Positions 51,274-64,000 of a stretch of DNA of 64,000 bases are shown here, piece after piece. The stretch's first letter is position 1. Each line of letters begins with the position of its first letter. Source of the DNA: Adineta vaga. Lineage: Eukaryota; Animalia; Rotifera. A model generated the notes under the pieces. It was given only the letters and a program-made list of their open reading frames with translations. It had not been told where the DNA came from and did not search any database. The DNA is taken from assembly GCA_021613535.1 (NCBI GenBank), contig CP075496.1, positions 6,696,001 through 6,760,000 on the forward strand, written 5' to 3'. The position numbers and the translations under genes are program-made.

Positions 51274-51948
51274 TTAAACTTTTTCATAGCAAACAGAAAC
51301 TGCTTGTGGGGCAGGGCATTGTCCACCAAAATATAAATCTTGCATCATACCGAGTTTATAATCTTTGCATTGACGATGTGTAATTTCTTGAGTTTCAAGA
51401 AGTTGATCATTATCAGCAAATAATTGATATGTTGTTTTAGTTTCTTCGAAGGTAAGTGTTACTTTATACCATGTATCAATTTTTAATTTGGTTTGAAATT
51501 CTTTCAACAATGTACCTTGATGTTCAAAGGGTTTAAGACTATTATCATATGCATAAGCAGCAATTTCGATATCATCAATTTCTGGACAATCGGTATCTTC
51601 ACTAGCAACACGACCATCAGCAAAACGAACACAACTTTGAGCACGACGAAAGACAAATCGATCAGAATCTTTATGATTACTTGTTATATATCCACATCGA
51701 CAAGCTCCCCATAATTTATTCCATGATGTAGTACATAATTGACCTTTGGGATCAGTAGATGGAAATAAATAACGAGCTGAACTACGATCAAATCGGACAC
51801 GTGTAGAAATCACTGCATCAGACTTAAGACCATGAAAGGGAATCAATGATGTATAGTGTGCACCTTGTTTTACTGAACGACATTGTTCGGCATTAACGCC
51901 ATTGTTTGCAATGGCAACAATTACAATGAAACTGAGAATATATAGCAT
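51274..51948 (-). CDS. Secreted Cys-containing beta-rich protein, resembling bacterial hypothetical proteins
   Basis: Signal peptide MLYILSFIVIVAIANNGVNA; intronless. Motifs RFDRSSARY, WNKLWG, HKDSDRFVFR, EIAAYAYD and LYFGGQCPAP. Confidence 0.8.
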   Translation of the reverse strand: MLYILSFIVIVAIANNGVNAEQCRSVKQGAHYTSLIPFHGLKSDAVISTRVRFDRSSARYLFPSTDPKGQLCTTSWNKLWGACRCGYITSNHKDSDRFVFRRAQSCVRFADGRVASEDTDCPEIDDIEIAAYAYDNSLKPFEHQGTLLKEFQTKLKIDTWYKVTLTFEETKTTYQLFADNDQLLETQEITHRQCKDYKLGMMQDLYFGGQCPAPQAVSVCYEKV

Positions 51949-52872
51949 TGTTGATTATCTCACAGAAATACTTTGAATTTTGTGGTTCTCTCAAGTATAT
52001 ATACACTGGAACAAAGTTTACCAACGCCTGCGCAGATTATCATAGTTAACTGATATTTGATATGAAAAATATAAGAAGGATTATAAGCTTTTGTCTTATT
52101 TTTCCGAATACATTCAGCAAAATAGTAGATAAGGATTAGTTGTGTGCGAATGAAAATTTGTAATATGATCTGATAATATATATTACCGAAAACAAAAGCA
52201 CTGAGGACAAAATCGAAAATTTAATTGATGAAAATAATAGTGTCATCTGGTCGAGGGTATGATCATCTATGGCAGGCACGTCTTCGATCAATTTCTCTAG
52301 TAGAGAGTAAATGAGAATTGGATATGATCGTATTTGTTGCTATGATATCGACCGAAAAATATATTACTGAGCTCAATGTTATACATGCGTTTGTTCATCG
52401 GTATATGAAGAGATGTAATTAGATTGAAGTTAACTGAATATTTTAATCTGAAATGCAATTATTTCTTTTATTTGTCTGATTGAATTTGTTCTGTGACGAT
52501 ACACGCATTGTAAAAGTGTGAGAAAGAAAAAGCTTGAACACTCAAAATAGACGAAAAAAACGACACAATGAGAATACAAGCTATATGCCTTCATACTTCA
52601 TTATTTCTAATTAATCTCGAAAAGATATGCGACCAAGAATGGATACCGAGATTCAGTGCATATAAGGGAATTAACCGGAGAAGAGGATTGAGACATGGAA
52701 ATGGATAAAACAAACAATGACATCATACAAAACATAAACACTAAATAAAACACAGAAGAAATACGAGTTTGTTTTCAAAGATAACATTGAAGAGATTAAG
52801 ATTCTCCGAATGAAAACATCTGACTCAGAGAATGAGAAAAGCGAAGCATGAAACTTGTTGGTATTGTATACG

Positions 52873-55800
52873 TTAATCGATATTTTTATACATTTCTTCG
52901 AATTCTTTTTCGAAATATTTGCCTAATTCAGGTCGTTTCGTTTTCATTGTTGGTGTTAAAAGATTGTTTTCAACTGAAAATGGTTCGGCATGTAAATAGA
53001 TATCTTTAACCTAAATAAAAGATCAAATATCAAATCAAATCTAATATGGAAATGATTTTTCTAGACATACCATTTCAAAACCTTTTAATGAACTAGCTTT
53101 TTCCAATCGTTTTATATCATTAAATATCAGTTCTTTAATTTCCTATATGAATAGAAAAGAAATATTTTAAGCACAGAGAAATGTCATTAATCCTACCTTG
53201 TTTCTACACAATTCAACAATATCGCCCGAGAAATTATGTTCACGAGCATATTTCCCAAGAACATCAGCATCAGGAACAATAATAGCTACGGTAAAACTCT
53301 ATTAAAAATCACCAATGAATAAAGGAAATATATTTAGAATCATTCGTATCAATTGTACCTTATAACCATTTCCATAGACGAATACTTGAGCAACATATTG
53401 ACTTTGAACATGAATATTTTCAATACGTTCCGGTGCAATATATTCACCCTAGAATGATACGAAGAAAATTTGTCATGTTTATTTATTTGTAGTAAATCTC
53501 TAAGAATTAACAAGTTTTTTATAGTATTTAGAAATATTGTGTAGTTCGAAATTTCAGAAAAGGACAGTATCATTTTTTTCATTTATAAACATACTTGAGC
53601 TAATTTGAACATATGTTTCTTTCGATCGATGATTTGAATTTGACCCGTCTGGAAGGAAAAAAATCGATTTACATTGTTTCCGAAATAAAAATAGCCCATA
53701 CCGGTGCCCATCGAGCAACATCACCAGTATGTAGCCAACCCTCATTGTCTAATGCTTCTTTAGTTTTTTCTTCATCTTTATAATATCCTTTAAAGACATT
53801 GGCACCTTTGATACATAACTCTCCAACATTATCTTTTGAAAAATACTGCATATCTGGCACATCAGTTAGTTTAATCATATTACAATCTAATGGTACACCG
53901 ATATTGCCTACAGATGAATCACCAAGCATCTGACATGTTGATATTCCGCAACATTCTGTTTGTCCATAACCTTCGACTACGTAGGCACCACAAACACGTT
54001 TAAGAAATTCAAGAATTGATGGTGACAATGGTGCAGCACCACTCACAATTAATTTCATACGTCCACCAAGTCGTTGTTGAATACGTTTCAAAAGAAGTTT
54101 ATCCCAAATCATATGACGTGTAACACGATTTTGACTAATTTTTTGTGTTTTTGCCGCTAAAGCCATATTGAATAAATAACGTTTGAATGGACTTAATTGA
54201 CGAATGGTTGCTTGTATATTATCATGCTAGAATATATGCGAATGTTTTGTTTTTATTCATGTAATAGAAGAAGCAGATTGAAAAATTTCTATCATTATAT
54301 TTACCATTCGATTAAGAAGTCGAGGTACACATGGCATTAATGTCGGTTTTAACCGGGCAAGATCATCAGATAATTGACGAACATCACCAAGATAATAACC
54401 TATTTTGAAACCTTGACATAAACAATAGAGCTAAAGAATATCAACTATAATGAATTGCATGAAATATTAATCAAAATATTTACTTCAATTGTTTGTTCAT
54501 ATGAATGAGCTAATGGTAAATATGAAATCAATGTTTCTAATTCTGTAAAGATCGGACGCTATAAAAAAAGAACAAAAACAAAGTAGATGTCATTCTATTT
54601 TATCCATCAGTTTTTCCAACAAAAAATCTTGAACTTACAAAGAAATCTGCAGCTGATTGAATTAAACAAACAACATTTTTCTGTGTTAACATAGCACCTT
54701 TTGGTAAACCTGTTGTACCACTTGTATAACAAATTTCAAATAGATCATCAGATTTAGGTGGCTAAAATAGAATTCATTCATTTATTCTAATTTTAAGTAT
54801 GTTAAACAAATATTATTTACATGATGTGGAACAGGTTTTGATCGGCCAAGTTCCTTGATAGAAATAAACACGAATTGATTTTTAAATGCAAAGAAAATAT
54901 TTAAAACTAACTCGTAATTGATCGTATGTCATGATGTCAATACCAACTTCTTTTGCTTTACTTCGAATTTCTAAATCTTTATCATTGGGAACTTTTTTAG
55001 TTAATATTATTCGTTTTAATGTTGACACTTCTTTAGCAATTTTAAGTAGAAGAAGAACATTTTCCACTTTGTCAACAAACACCGTTTTTAATAGAGCTAA
55101 AAATGAGAAGATTTATTTTCGAAGAATGAATTCTTTTCTTCGTACTTTGATTAATTATATGAACAATTGCAGGTTCACCAAGTGTATCATAAAGTGGTAC
55201 ATATATCATGCTATGAGAATGACATGCTAATGCTGTAGTCATCCACTATTGATTCAAAAGAAGTCAACTAATAGAAAACATTCAGGAATTTTATTTACTT
55301 ACTTCAACACTATTGATTGCATAAATACCAATGAAAGTATTTTGTCCATGAGTCTCTCCTAATTGAATAAGGCCACTGCCGATTTCAGTTGCCATTTGAT
55401 CTGTCTATAATTTGAAGTATGAATTATAATCTACAATTATTCGGTATATTTACTTGTTCATATGTTATCCATTGAAAATCAGAATCACGATCTACTCGGT
55501 AGCCTAAACATCGTTCATCGCCTAGAGAGAGAAAAACGAAAAAATATTGATTTGTATCAGTAAAAGAATCGACACTAACCTCGTTGTTGTGCAATATTTT
55601 TACCGATATGAAAACCTTCATAGAATGTCGTATAAGTACGATCATCAATTGACGATTTGCCTGCTAGTAGTAAAGGTCGTGAGCCAAGTGATGCAGCAAT
55701 ACGAGCACTAGGACACCCTTGAGCCTTAAAAAAAAACATATCAGATAATTATTATTACTTTTGTATATGTAAGTATTTAAGTGTAGATAACTTATTTTTA

Positions 55801-56220
55801 TCAGTCATAAAATTATAAATCTAAGCAATCGATACAAGAGAGAAAAGAAATCATGCTCTAGATCATGAGCTTATAGGGAATTTAATAAATCTGATAAATT
55901 GTTATTCTTAATAGAATCGACAGAAGAATGGTGGGTAAATGATTATTTTTCTAATAATATGTGTAGAATTCGTTTTTTCCTTTATCTATTAAAAATATTC
56001 GAAGCATTCATCAAATACATACCTGCGCTGGTATTGTAACTCTTTCCCAGTCAGTATCAACGTTCAATCCCTCGTCTGCAATGTTTTCCTCAAGTAATGA
56101 AGATATTTTATCTCTATTATGATGAATAAGGGCACCAGCGACAAGAGCAAGTGCACCACCAACAGCTAATGTTGTCTGCAGAGAAGATGAAAGATTATTG
56201 TCAGATCCGAATTTATCCAT
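52873..56220 (-). CDS. Long-chain acyl-CoA synthetase, ACSL1/5/6-like (many exons)
   Basis: [76 protein letters not shown] and [13 protein letters not shown]. Stop 52873-52875. Confidence 0.93.
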
Positions 56221-57127
56221 TTTTTTCTTTTAATATTTGTTACGTATATAGTGATTAATTTAATAATAATATTTATTATAAATTGATGGGTATATGAACT
56301 AGAAATAACAAAAGGAGAAGAAGAAATTATTATAAAGAAAGTAGAGCAGCATATGTATGCTGTGCATGATTTTTGCTCTATATCATTAAAACAAAATTAT
56401 AGAGATTTTAAGAAAATAGAAATAATGTTGTTCAAATTCATCGAGAACATATTTACCTGCTTTTAAAATACGTATTTTAAATTAAATGTGGGTGATTATT
56501 TATAAACAAGCGCGTAAATATATAAATGATTCATCACTATATTGTTGTACGTTGTTGTACTATATATATATATATCGATGTATGAATAAAATCGGTGGTA
56601 AATATTATCTATTCAGTTTCATCATATTATTCGTATTGTTGACACACTTATTGACAATTATGACTATTATTGACACACCCCCATCTGAATTTAATATTTA
56701 GCGATGTGCTTCTTTACAGAATTCGAACTCTTTCATCTGCCAAACTTACTAGTACTTAAAAGTTTAGCATACATATACAGCGATAATAGTTTGATCGGTT
56801 GAAAAATTTACATCTAGTTTACCTTTTTTAGATTATAACGTGTCGAATCTGATGAAAAAATTAACTTGTTCAAAACAACTCAACACTTGTGTACACGATA
56901 ATATATGACAAGAAAATAATGTGCCACGCTGTCGGGTGAGGGTGAAAAAGAATACTAACTCTAACGATGGTAGTTGTGTTACTTTTTGAGAAGACGAAGA
57001 AAGGAAAGAAAAAAAAGAACCATAGCAGACTCTGCACATTTGAGACTCTACAAAAAAACGACCGACATCGAGTCGAGATCGAGAGAAAAGAAAAGAACGA
57101 AAGCAATATAACAAAATTTTGAACGCA

Positions 57128-57886
57128 ATTGGTCAATCCATTGTGACCAATCGAAATATGTAGTTGGTCTCCACTACACTACTGTTTCTAACTATGGATA
57201 TTAAATCAAATATACAATATATTTATCAACAACTTATTATACATATAATAATACCCATGAAGAGTATCTCATTACTATTAGATCAGTAATATTGAAAAAA
57301 AAGGTTAGATGGTTATATAATCAATAAATCAGGTATTACATACCATAAACATATATTTACGCTATTCAAATGAATATAGACAGATCCAGTTTCGAGTTAA
57401 GTGAAGTTTATTCGTGAGAATAGTTCAATTACTATGCATATATATATATATGTATAGTAAATGAAACTACAGGATCAGTATACACATTTATTTCAGCATT
57501 ATAGATATCTTAGTATGAAAAATACTTGCACGAACAAGGATAGTATTGAAAAAAATGCCAAAGAACATAAATTTTTGTATGCAATTTCCTCTACTATTTG
57601 TTCTATGTGTAGATATTGATGAATGTTAGATATGGTATTTCTTTTTGTACAAATTATCTCTAACGCATAATTTTCACTTGCTATCATGTATGTCAATAAG
57701 AATATGAGGGGTATGTCTGTCGACTAGCGCCAACTACATATTTTAAATACATAAAAAAGTATTTTCTTTTCGTAAATCTGATCAACTTTAGATTCGGAAT
57801 AAAATTCTATACCTTTCATAACTTTATATAAACAACTGATCGATAATATTCAGTACTGATTAATGATTGCATTGGCTGCGACCAAT
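57128..57886. promoter_or_regulatory. Divergent promoter region with two inverted CCAAT-box pairs
   Basis: ATTGGTCA-N8-TGACCAAT at 57128-57151 and ATTGG-N6-CCAAT at 57871-57886, between ACSL (-) and kanadaptin (+). Confidence 0.4.
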
Positions 57887-58028
57887 ATAAAATCCAATAA
57901 TTTTTTACGAAATAAATACCGACACAATGAAATGAAGACAAGAATAGAATACCTCATTTAATTCATTATATTAATATCAATAGTGATCTATATAGTATTT
58001 AGATTAATTAATTAGTATTTGATTTGAA

Positions 58029-60155
58029 ATGACAGACGATTTTAAGATTCCAACTATTCCAAAAGAAGAACCAACACCAGACGATAGTAATGCTAATGCT
58101 GCAGTCGTTGTTGAAAATAAAGAAATAACTCATGCACCCTTTCTCAAACCAGAATTACCATCTGCTGAATTCTCAACACTGATTCGCCATAAAAATCTAC
58201 AATATAATGCACCTGAATCATCTGCTATACCACCACTAGAATTTACTTTAGAAGTATTACGCAATGGTGCAATTATTGATTATGTACCACTTTCTTATCG
58301 TTCATATACCGTTTTTGGTCGTTCACCTGATAGTGACGTTGTACTTGAACATCCGACTATATCACGTTATCATGCCATTATTCAATATAAATCTGAATTC
58401 GAAAATGGTCAATCAGCTGGTCTCTATTTATATGATTGTGGTAGTACTCATGGTACATTCATTAATAAAAAACGTCTCGAACCAAAAGTTTATGTACGAA
58501 TTAAAATCGGTTATATTATTAAATTTGGACAATCAACAAGACTTTATCTTGTTCAAGGTGATTCGGCAGCAGAAGCTGAAATGATCGATACATCAACTGG
58601 TGATGATGTGACGCATGAACAAATGAAAAAGTTTCACGCCAAACGAGCAAAAATGTTAGCTTCTGTTCGAGCTAAACGTGAAACTGCTATCAATGAAGCT
58701 AATGATAGTAATGCCGAAATGGATTGGGGTATGGGACCTGAGACGGATGAATCCGCTTCTGATACTATACGGGTTTCGAGCAAAACTATTAAAGAATCTG
58801 AAGTTAATGGAAATGATGAAGAAGATAAGAAGAAAGCAGCTGCTGACGATCTTAGAAATCGAGTTGCATACCAACAAGCTAGGAATGATAAAGAAGTTCT
58901 CAAAGAAATCATGTCCCGAGTAAGTTTTATAAATGAAATTATAAGGTTTCTGTCATTTCTCTTTAATTTTCATACATAGGTTGATGTACCCTCAGAAGAT
59001 AATGAAGATAATGATACAAAAAAAGAACCATTCTATCTGAAAGATCCCAAACGTACATTAACAACATTTTTCGAACGTGAAGGTGCTGAACTTGTCTATG
59101 ATGTTGAAGATCATCAATTTGGTACATACAGTTGTACAATTAAATTACCAATCGTAGATGAATATGGGCGTGCTATACAAGCTGAATGCGAGAAAAAACA
59201 ATGTAAACGGAAGGAAATTATTCATGAATGTGTATTAGAAGCTTGTCGTATTCTTGATGACCATGGTGTTTTACGTGAAGGTACATCTGCATCATCATTG
59301 TATACACCACGTGTCCAGCAAGTTAAACGACAATTACTTGAAGAAAATGATTTTTATGAAGAAGATGAAGATACATTTTATGATCGTACAGGTGATTTAG
59401 AAAAGAAACGTCTTAAACGTATGGAATGGTCCGGTTATTTAAGTAATGAAAAACAAGTTGAAACATTTGATTCACTCTGTTCCAAATTAACAAATCTTTA
59501 TAAAGAACAAGTTGATCTCGATCACAAATTAGAAACAGCCAAACAAATGGAAGAAAATGCAGCAAAAGCTGCTTCGAAAACAGAGAAGGAGGTCGATGAA
59601 GTTGATATATATATTCGTCAACTGAAACAGGGAGAAAAATTAAATATCAAAGTTAAATGGCAATGGAAAAAACGTTTATTAGAAATCGAAAATGAACAAA
59701 GAGAATTTGTGAAATTATTGAAAGTATGTAAACCCAAAGACTTCGATATTCCAACATGGAGACTTAAAATACAAGAAGAAGCAAAACAAAATCTGACCGT
59801 TAAATCAGTACCGGTTCGATCAAAACCACCACAATCTCTTCCATCGAAACCTGTCGTCGACACAACATCTTCTAGTCAATCAGAACAAATACAACCTCCA
59901 TCTATTCCATCGCCAATATCATCAGAATCCACAGAGGCTCCATCTGTATCAGAAATATCTCCAATCGTTAATTCAATTCCTAGCAAACCAACAACAACAG
60001 TTCGTCGAAAATCTGGACGTTCGAGTACCAATTCTAAAGATCAATATGACGACGCTGAACATTATTCGGAAGAGAAATTTGCCGAATGGATGCCACCTGA
60101 AAACGAACAAACGGGTGATGGAAGGACATCGTTAAATGATAAATACGGTTATTGA
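58029..60155 (+). CDS. SLC4A1AP: Kanadaptin (FHA + dsRNA-binding-like domain)
   Basis: FHA (FGRSPDSDVVLEHPTISRYHAIIQY..STHGTFINK, FGQSTRLY), YLKDPKRTLTTFFEREG, DTFYDRTGDLEKKR and terminal WMPPENEQTGDGRTSLNDKYGY. Intron 58920-58979. Confidence 0.93.
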
Positions 60156-60987
60156 AAAGTTCGTTTTTGTTACGATTTGTAAATGAATAAATATAAATAT
60201 TTGACAAGATTTCATAAAGCTTGTCGTATCAAAATCATATCTCTTTTCATATGCCATGTATGAACTCTAATATATAAGACCACTAAGAACATGATATACA
60301 TGAACAATGAACTCAATAGTAAATAGTCTTTTACCAAAGTGACGAATGAGACAAAAAAGAAATCGCAAATTAATATTATCAAATGTTCCTCTTTTAAAAT
60401 ACTGCTCGTACTTCAGTCCATTTCACTCTTATCATCAAAGTTAATAAATTCTTTCAAATCAATTCAATCTTTCGAGAAATAGTTCTATTCATTTGACGTC
60501 AAACATTGTCCTCATTTATTCTTTTATGACGACAGTAATCTTGAGAATATAACAAAAGAAATAAATCATTTCAAATAAATAATTAAGAACGAAATAACTG
60601 ATGCACCTATTTTCGTCATCACATAAATAAGACACATCATTAATAACTATCGAATAATCATTAAATTCAACTTAAAAGAAAAAGAAATATAACAAATTAT
60701 TATAGTTTTTGAATTTCATTTTCATCTCAAGTTTACTCCTATCAGTCGTACTCTAAAGTCATATAAAAACAAACCGTGATAACAATCTCTTTATGAGTGC
60801 GTAAAAAGTGATAAACTTCTTCCCTTTCCAAGAAATACTTCATCATCAAGAAACTTAGAAAAGTATTTATTTTTCTTTCTCGTCATTAAATAAATACATA
60901 TATACATATATATTTTATTTTCACATATTGCCCACGCACTAATCCTAGTGCAAGTGTACAGAAAAAACTAATATAAACAATAAAAAA

Positions 60988-61884
60988 TTATTCAATGTTT
61001 TCGTCATACTTTTTATCAATGACATATTTCATCAACCAATCGGCACATTTAATAATAGCTTTACGAAGATACTCTTCAAATTCGGCATCTATATCTGGAA
61101 TATCATCATCATCATCGTCTTCTTCACTTTCGCAAAGAGGAATAAAATTCGTATTATTGTTTTTGTTATGATTACCGCTATTCAATTGTTTCGAATAATT
61201 ACTATTTAATATTTGTGTTTGTGGAATATTGGATGTTGTAAACGGAGATTTACTTTTTGGTGTTGTATGTTGATATGCTTTAGGCACTGAAGATTTTGTT
61301 TTTGTTAAAGATTTATGTCTTAATTCAACTGTTACTAGGGAATTTTCTTGATCTGTTGATGCTTTTCGTGAAGTTGTTTGTGCTCGACTAGAACGTCGAT
61401 TAATCTCCGGCATATTGCTAATCGTTGATTTATTCATAGGTCCATTCGAAGGAATTGGTGAGTTCACTTGGGATTGTCGAAGAAAACCAGTGGGTGAATT
61501 ATATGTTGACCAAATTGATGATTGTTGATTAGTAGTCGATGTCGAGGATAAGCAGCATGGACGTGGATTACGTCGAGATAAAATTCGACCTAAACGTATA
61601 TTTTTACTATGTTCAGAGAATTTTTCAAGAGGTAAATTTGAAAATGATGTTAAAGAATTTGTTATTCCATTCGTATTTCCAATATGTATTGGACGAATAT
61701 CAGTGAAATCATAGTATGATGGGAGAGTAACACGGGGCCGACGTGTTTGAATTGCTTTGATTTTATTACTGACAGCGACTGGTGAAGCGTTCATAAACAT
61801 GGATGATTCAGGATTAATCAATGCACGGTGACGATGATCTTGATGATTTATTGGTAGCGTTAGTGCCTCCGTTGGTGCGTTCAT
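60988..61884 (-). CDS. Uncharacterised S/T/N-rich disordered protein with an acidic stretch and C-terminal helix
   Basis: Long (~298 codon) ORF in AT-rich DNA after a ttgtttag acceptor at ~61892; C-terminus DAEFEEYLRKAIIKCADWLMKYV. Upstream exons are possible, so the start is uncertain. Confidence 0.65.
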   Translation of the reverse strand: MNAPTEALTLPINHQDHRHRALINPESSMFMNASPVAVSNKIKAIQTRRPRVTLPSYYDFTDIRPIHIGNTNGITNSLTSFSNLPLEKFSEHSKNIRLGRILSRRNPRPCCLSSTSTTNQQSSIWSTYNSPTGFLRQSQVNSPIPSNGPMNKSTISNMPEINRRSSRAQTTSRKASTDQENSLVTVELRHKSLTKTKSSVPKAYQHTTPKSKSPFTTSNIPQTQILNSNYSKQLNSGNHNKNNNTNFIPLCESEEDDDDDDIPDIDAEFEEYLRKAIIKCADWLMKYVIDKKYDENIE

Positions 61885-64000
61885 AGAATATCTAAACAAA
61901 AAGAAAGAAATTATATATTATAAGCTGTTTTCATAGTATACTTAAATGAATGATTTTACTCTTGCTTATATGACCTTGAGAAAAAAGGAACGGTTATCGA
62001 GTGCCTGTCCTTTAATGTACAAATAATACATTTAATTAATCTGTCAACTATCAGCTTTTATTCTCTTAAAAACTCACCTGAATAACACTTTTGATGGAAA
62101 AGTAACGAACAATCAGTAATATAAAATCATTTCGGTCATGAATAGAAAATGTTACCTTTTGAAAATAAATGATTCTATTTAAATATCTCTTTATAACAAA
62201 ACTACGAAATATCTATCCTGATGTTCTCTTTGACTCATATGATAGGTATTCGCTTAAAATTTTGTTTTCTCTGATTCTTCTTTCATGTAGAGTTTGAAAG
62301 ATAACCTGAAATATTTTGTTTATGTGCACATATTTAAATATTTCTGTTCTGTTTGTCATCGTAACAAACTTAAATGACTTCAAAGAACATTAAATATAAA
62401 AAATATGTAGTTAATTCTATTTGAATTTTGAAGAAAAAAAATGAAGAAAACGTAAAATACCGGTTATTTTTATGTGCACCCTAGGAAGTATCGCGTGATG
62501 TCTTTGTCTATGGATTTTAATGACTACCTGTATTCGCAGAATACATACATGATTATACATCAATTTCTTTTTAATTTTTTATTATTGGAAAGTCACATTG
62601 TTGCGTGTCGTAGTTAAAAATGATAAAAGAAATAAAAATAGTCAAAATCATCTATGCTAATAATAGAAATTTCAAAGAGAATCTCCCCCTTTTTTTGTCC
62701 TAGTTTATCGAAGAATAACGAAAGACGCATGTGTTTTTACGAGTATTCTCAAGTACATTCATGATGACCGCTTTACTTTCGTTTCCAACAGATATGACGT
62801 CATTCGTTGTTCGCAGAAGATATTTTAGAGATTTCAGATTAATATCCTTTAGCTTTTCATTTTCTTCACTTACTTAGACTCTTTCATATTCAATGTCAAC
62901 AAGAAAGAATATTTGCAAATAGTAGTCTCTTGTAAAAAAAAGTCATCTTATCAATAATAGACATAGTAAATCTACATAGATTCAATGTAATACTTCATCG
63001 AGAGGTATATTCAAGTAGTATGGAAATTTCTTCTGTGTCAGTCTGGATGAGAAAAGAAAAAAGAATGAAATCTATTAGATTGAATGAATACATAACCTTG
63101 AAATATTTCTAAACAAAATACCGTGGATATACGAAACTAAAAAATATTCTCTCGATGATAATAATTTCGAATTGCTCGATCGAACGTCTGAACGAAAATG
63201 TACATACATGACGAAATGAAATAACCTTGTCATTTAATGGTCTCTTTTCTTTTTCTTCAATTTCTCTTCATTTTTCTTTTTAGTTGCCATCAACTTATTT
63301 GTTAGTTTTGGTTAATGAGAAAAAAATTCGATTTTAACGATAATTTAAAGCTAATTTACTGCGATTAGTTTTCAAAAAATACAGGAATTCTTTAATAAAA
63401 TAAGTGATTCTATCATTTTTTCTGTATCATAGAACACAACACTAAGTCGATAAATAATCGTTGATAGGAACATGAAATTGTGTACGATACCTGTTCTTTT
63501 ATTTTTCGTTTATTGAATACCACTTGAATGAGAGAACTTGTTGTTTAAACACTTGAAACTTACTATCAGTAAGATAGAATGAAAGATTTTTTTACAGTTA
63601 GTTTTTCATAGAACGAACTCCAAGAAGATTTCTGTTGAATCTCATATCAATAGAATGAAACATGAATTGTGAAGTGAAAGAGAGAGAAAGAAAAGAAGAA
63701 ACGAGAGATTACTGATTCAAGCGAGCATCGATAGTACAAAAACTATAATTTTCTCTTCTCGTTTTTTCTCTTCTTTTTCTCATCGTATAAGCAAACAAAG
63801 AAAACAAGCTCACATCATTATATTTGTTATGTCTACAAAGACTTTTGTCATAGATCGATTCGGAAATGTACACAAACTTTGCACAATAAATATTCGACCG
63901 ATTCTTACTGATGCATTACTTTTCTTTTCATATGAATCTAATCAATCGTTCTCGGCAATCTAAGTATTGCTTTCCGTCGATAGATTAGTCAAAAATTGAT

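Noticed and set aside
39413-56220. Lipid-metabolism cluster (ELOVL, ETFDH, ACSL)
   Set aside because: Interspersed with unrelated genes and spanning different pathways and compartments; compatible with chance.
58264-59863. Alternate-frame and antisense ORFs over kanadaptin (and similar ones over other genes)
   Set aside because: Shadow ORFs of real coding exons.

Overview
AT-rich eukaryotic (metazoan) genomic DNA with many very short (~47-65 nt) GT-AG introns. Gene content and architecture suggest a bdelloid rotifer (inference, not proven from this window). About 18 protein genes can be reconstructed by hand. Recognisable ones are CPPED1, ANO8, PNP, Ku70/XRCC6, a DUSP23-like protein, a USF-like bHLH-ZIP, an RZ-family RGS, a TALE homeobox, ELOVL1/7-like, ETFDH, ACSL and kanadaptin. 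The rest are two tandem ankyrin-like/U-box E3 ligases, a short NPAT-like LisH protein, a nested 7TM gene, two intronless putatively horizontally acquired genes and one orphan. There are also two decayed intron-containing pseudogenes and a 3.5-kb repeat/transposon-relic zone. Highlights: (1) an antisense class-C-GPCR-like gene that almost fills one ANO8 intron; (2) a textbook U12-type AT-AC intron in ETFDH; (3) a 5-nt micro-exon required for the PNP reading frame; (4) a DUSP23-like protein lacking the CX5R arginine; (5) three phase-compatible alternative N-terminal exons on the RGS gene; (6) an ungapped 123-bp inverted repeat pair; (7) the ankyrin-like/U-box pair. No rRNA, tRNA or CRISPR array was recognised. 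Family assignments come from motif recognition and recall, not database searches.
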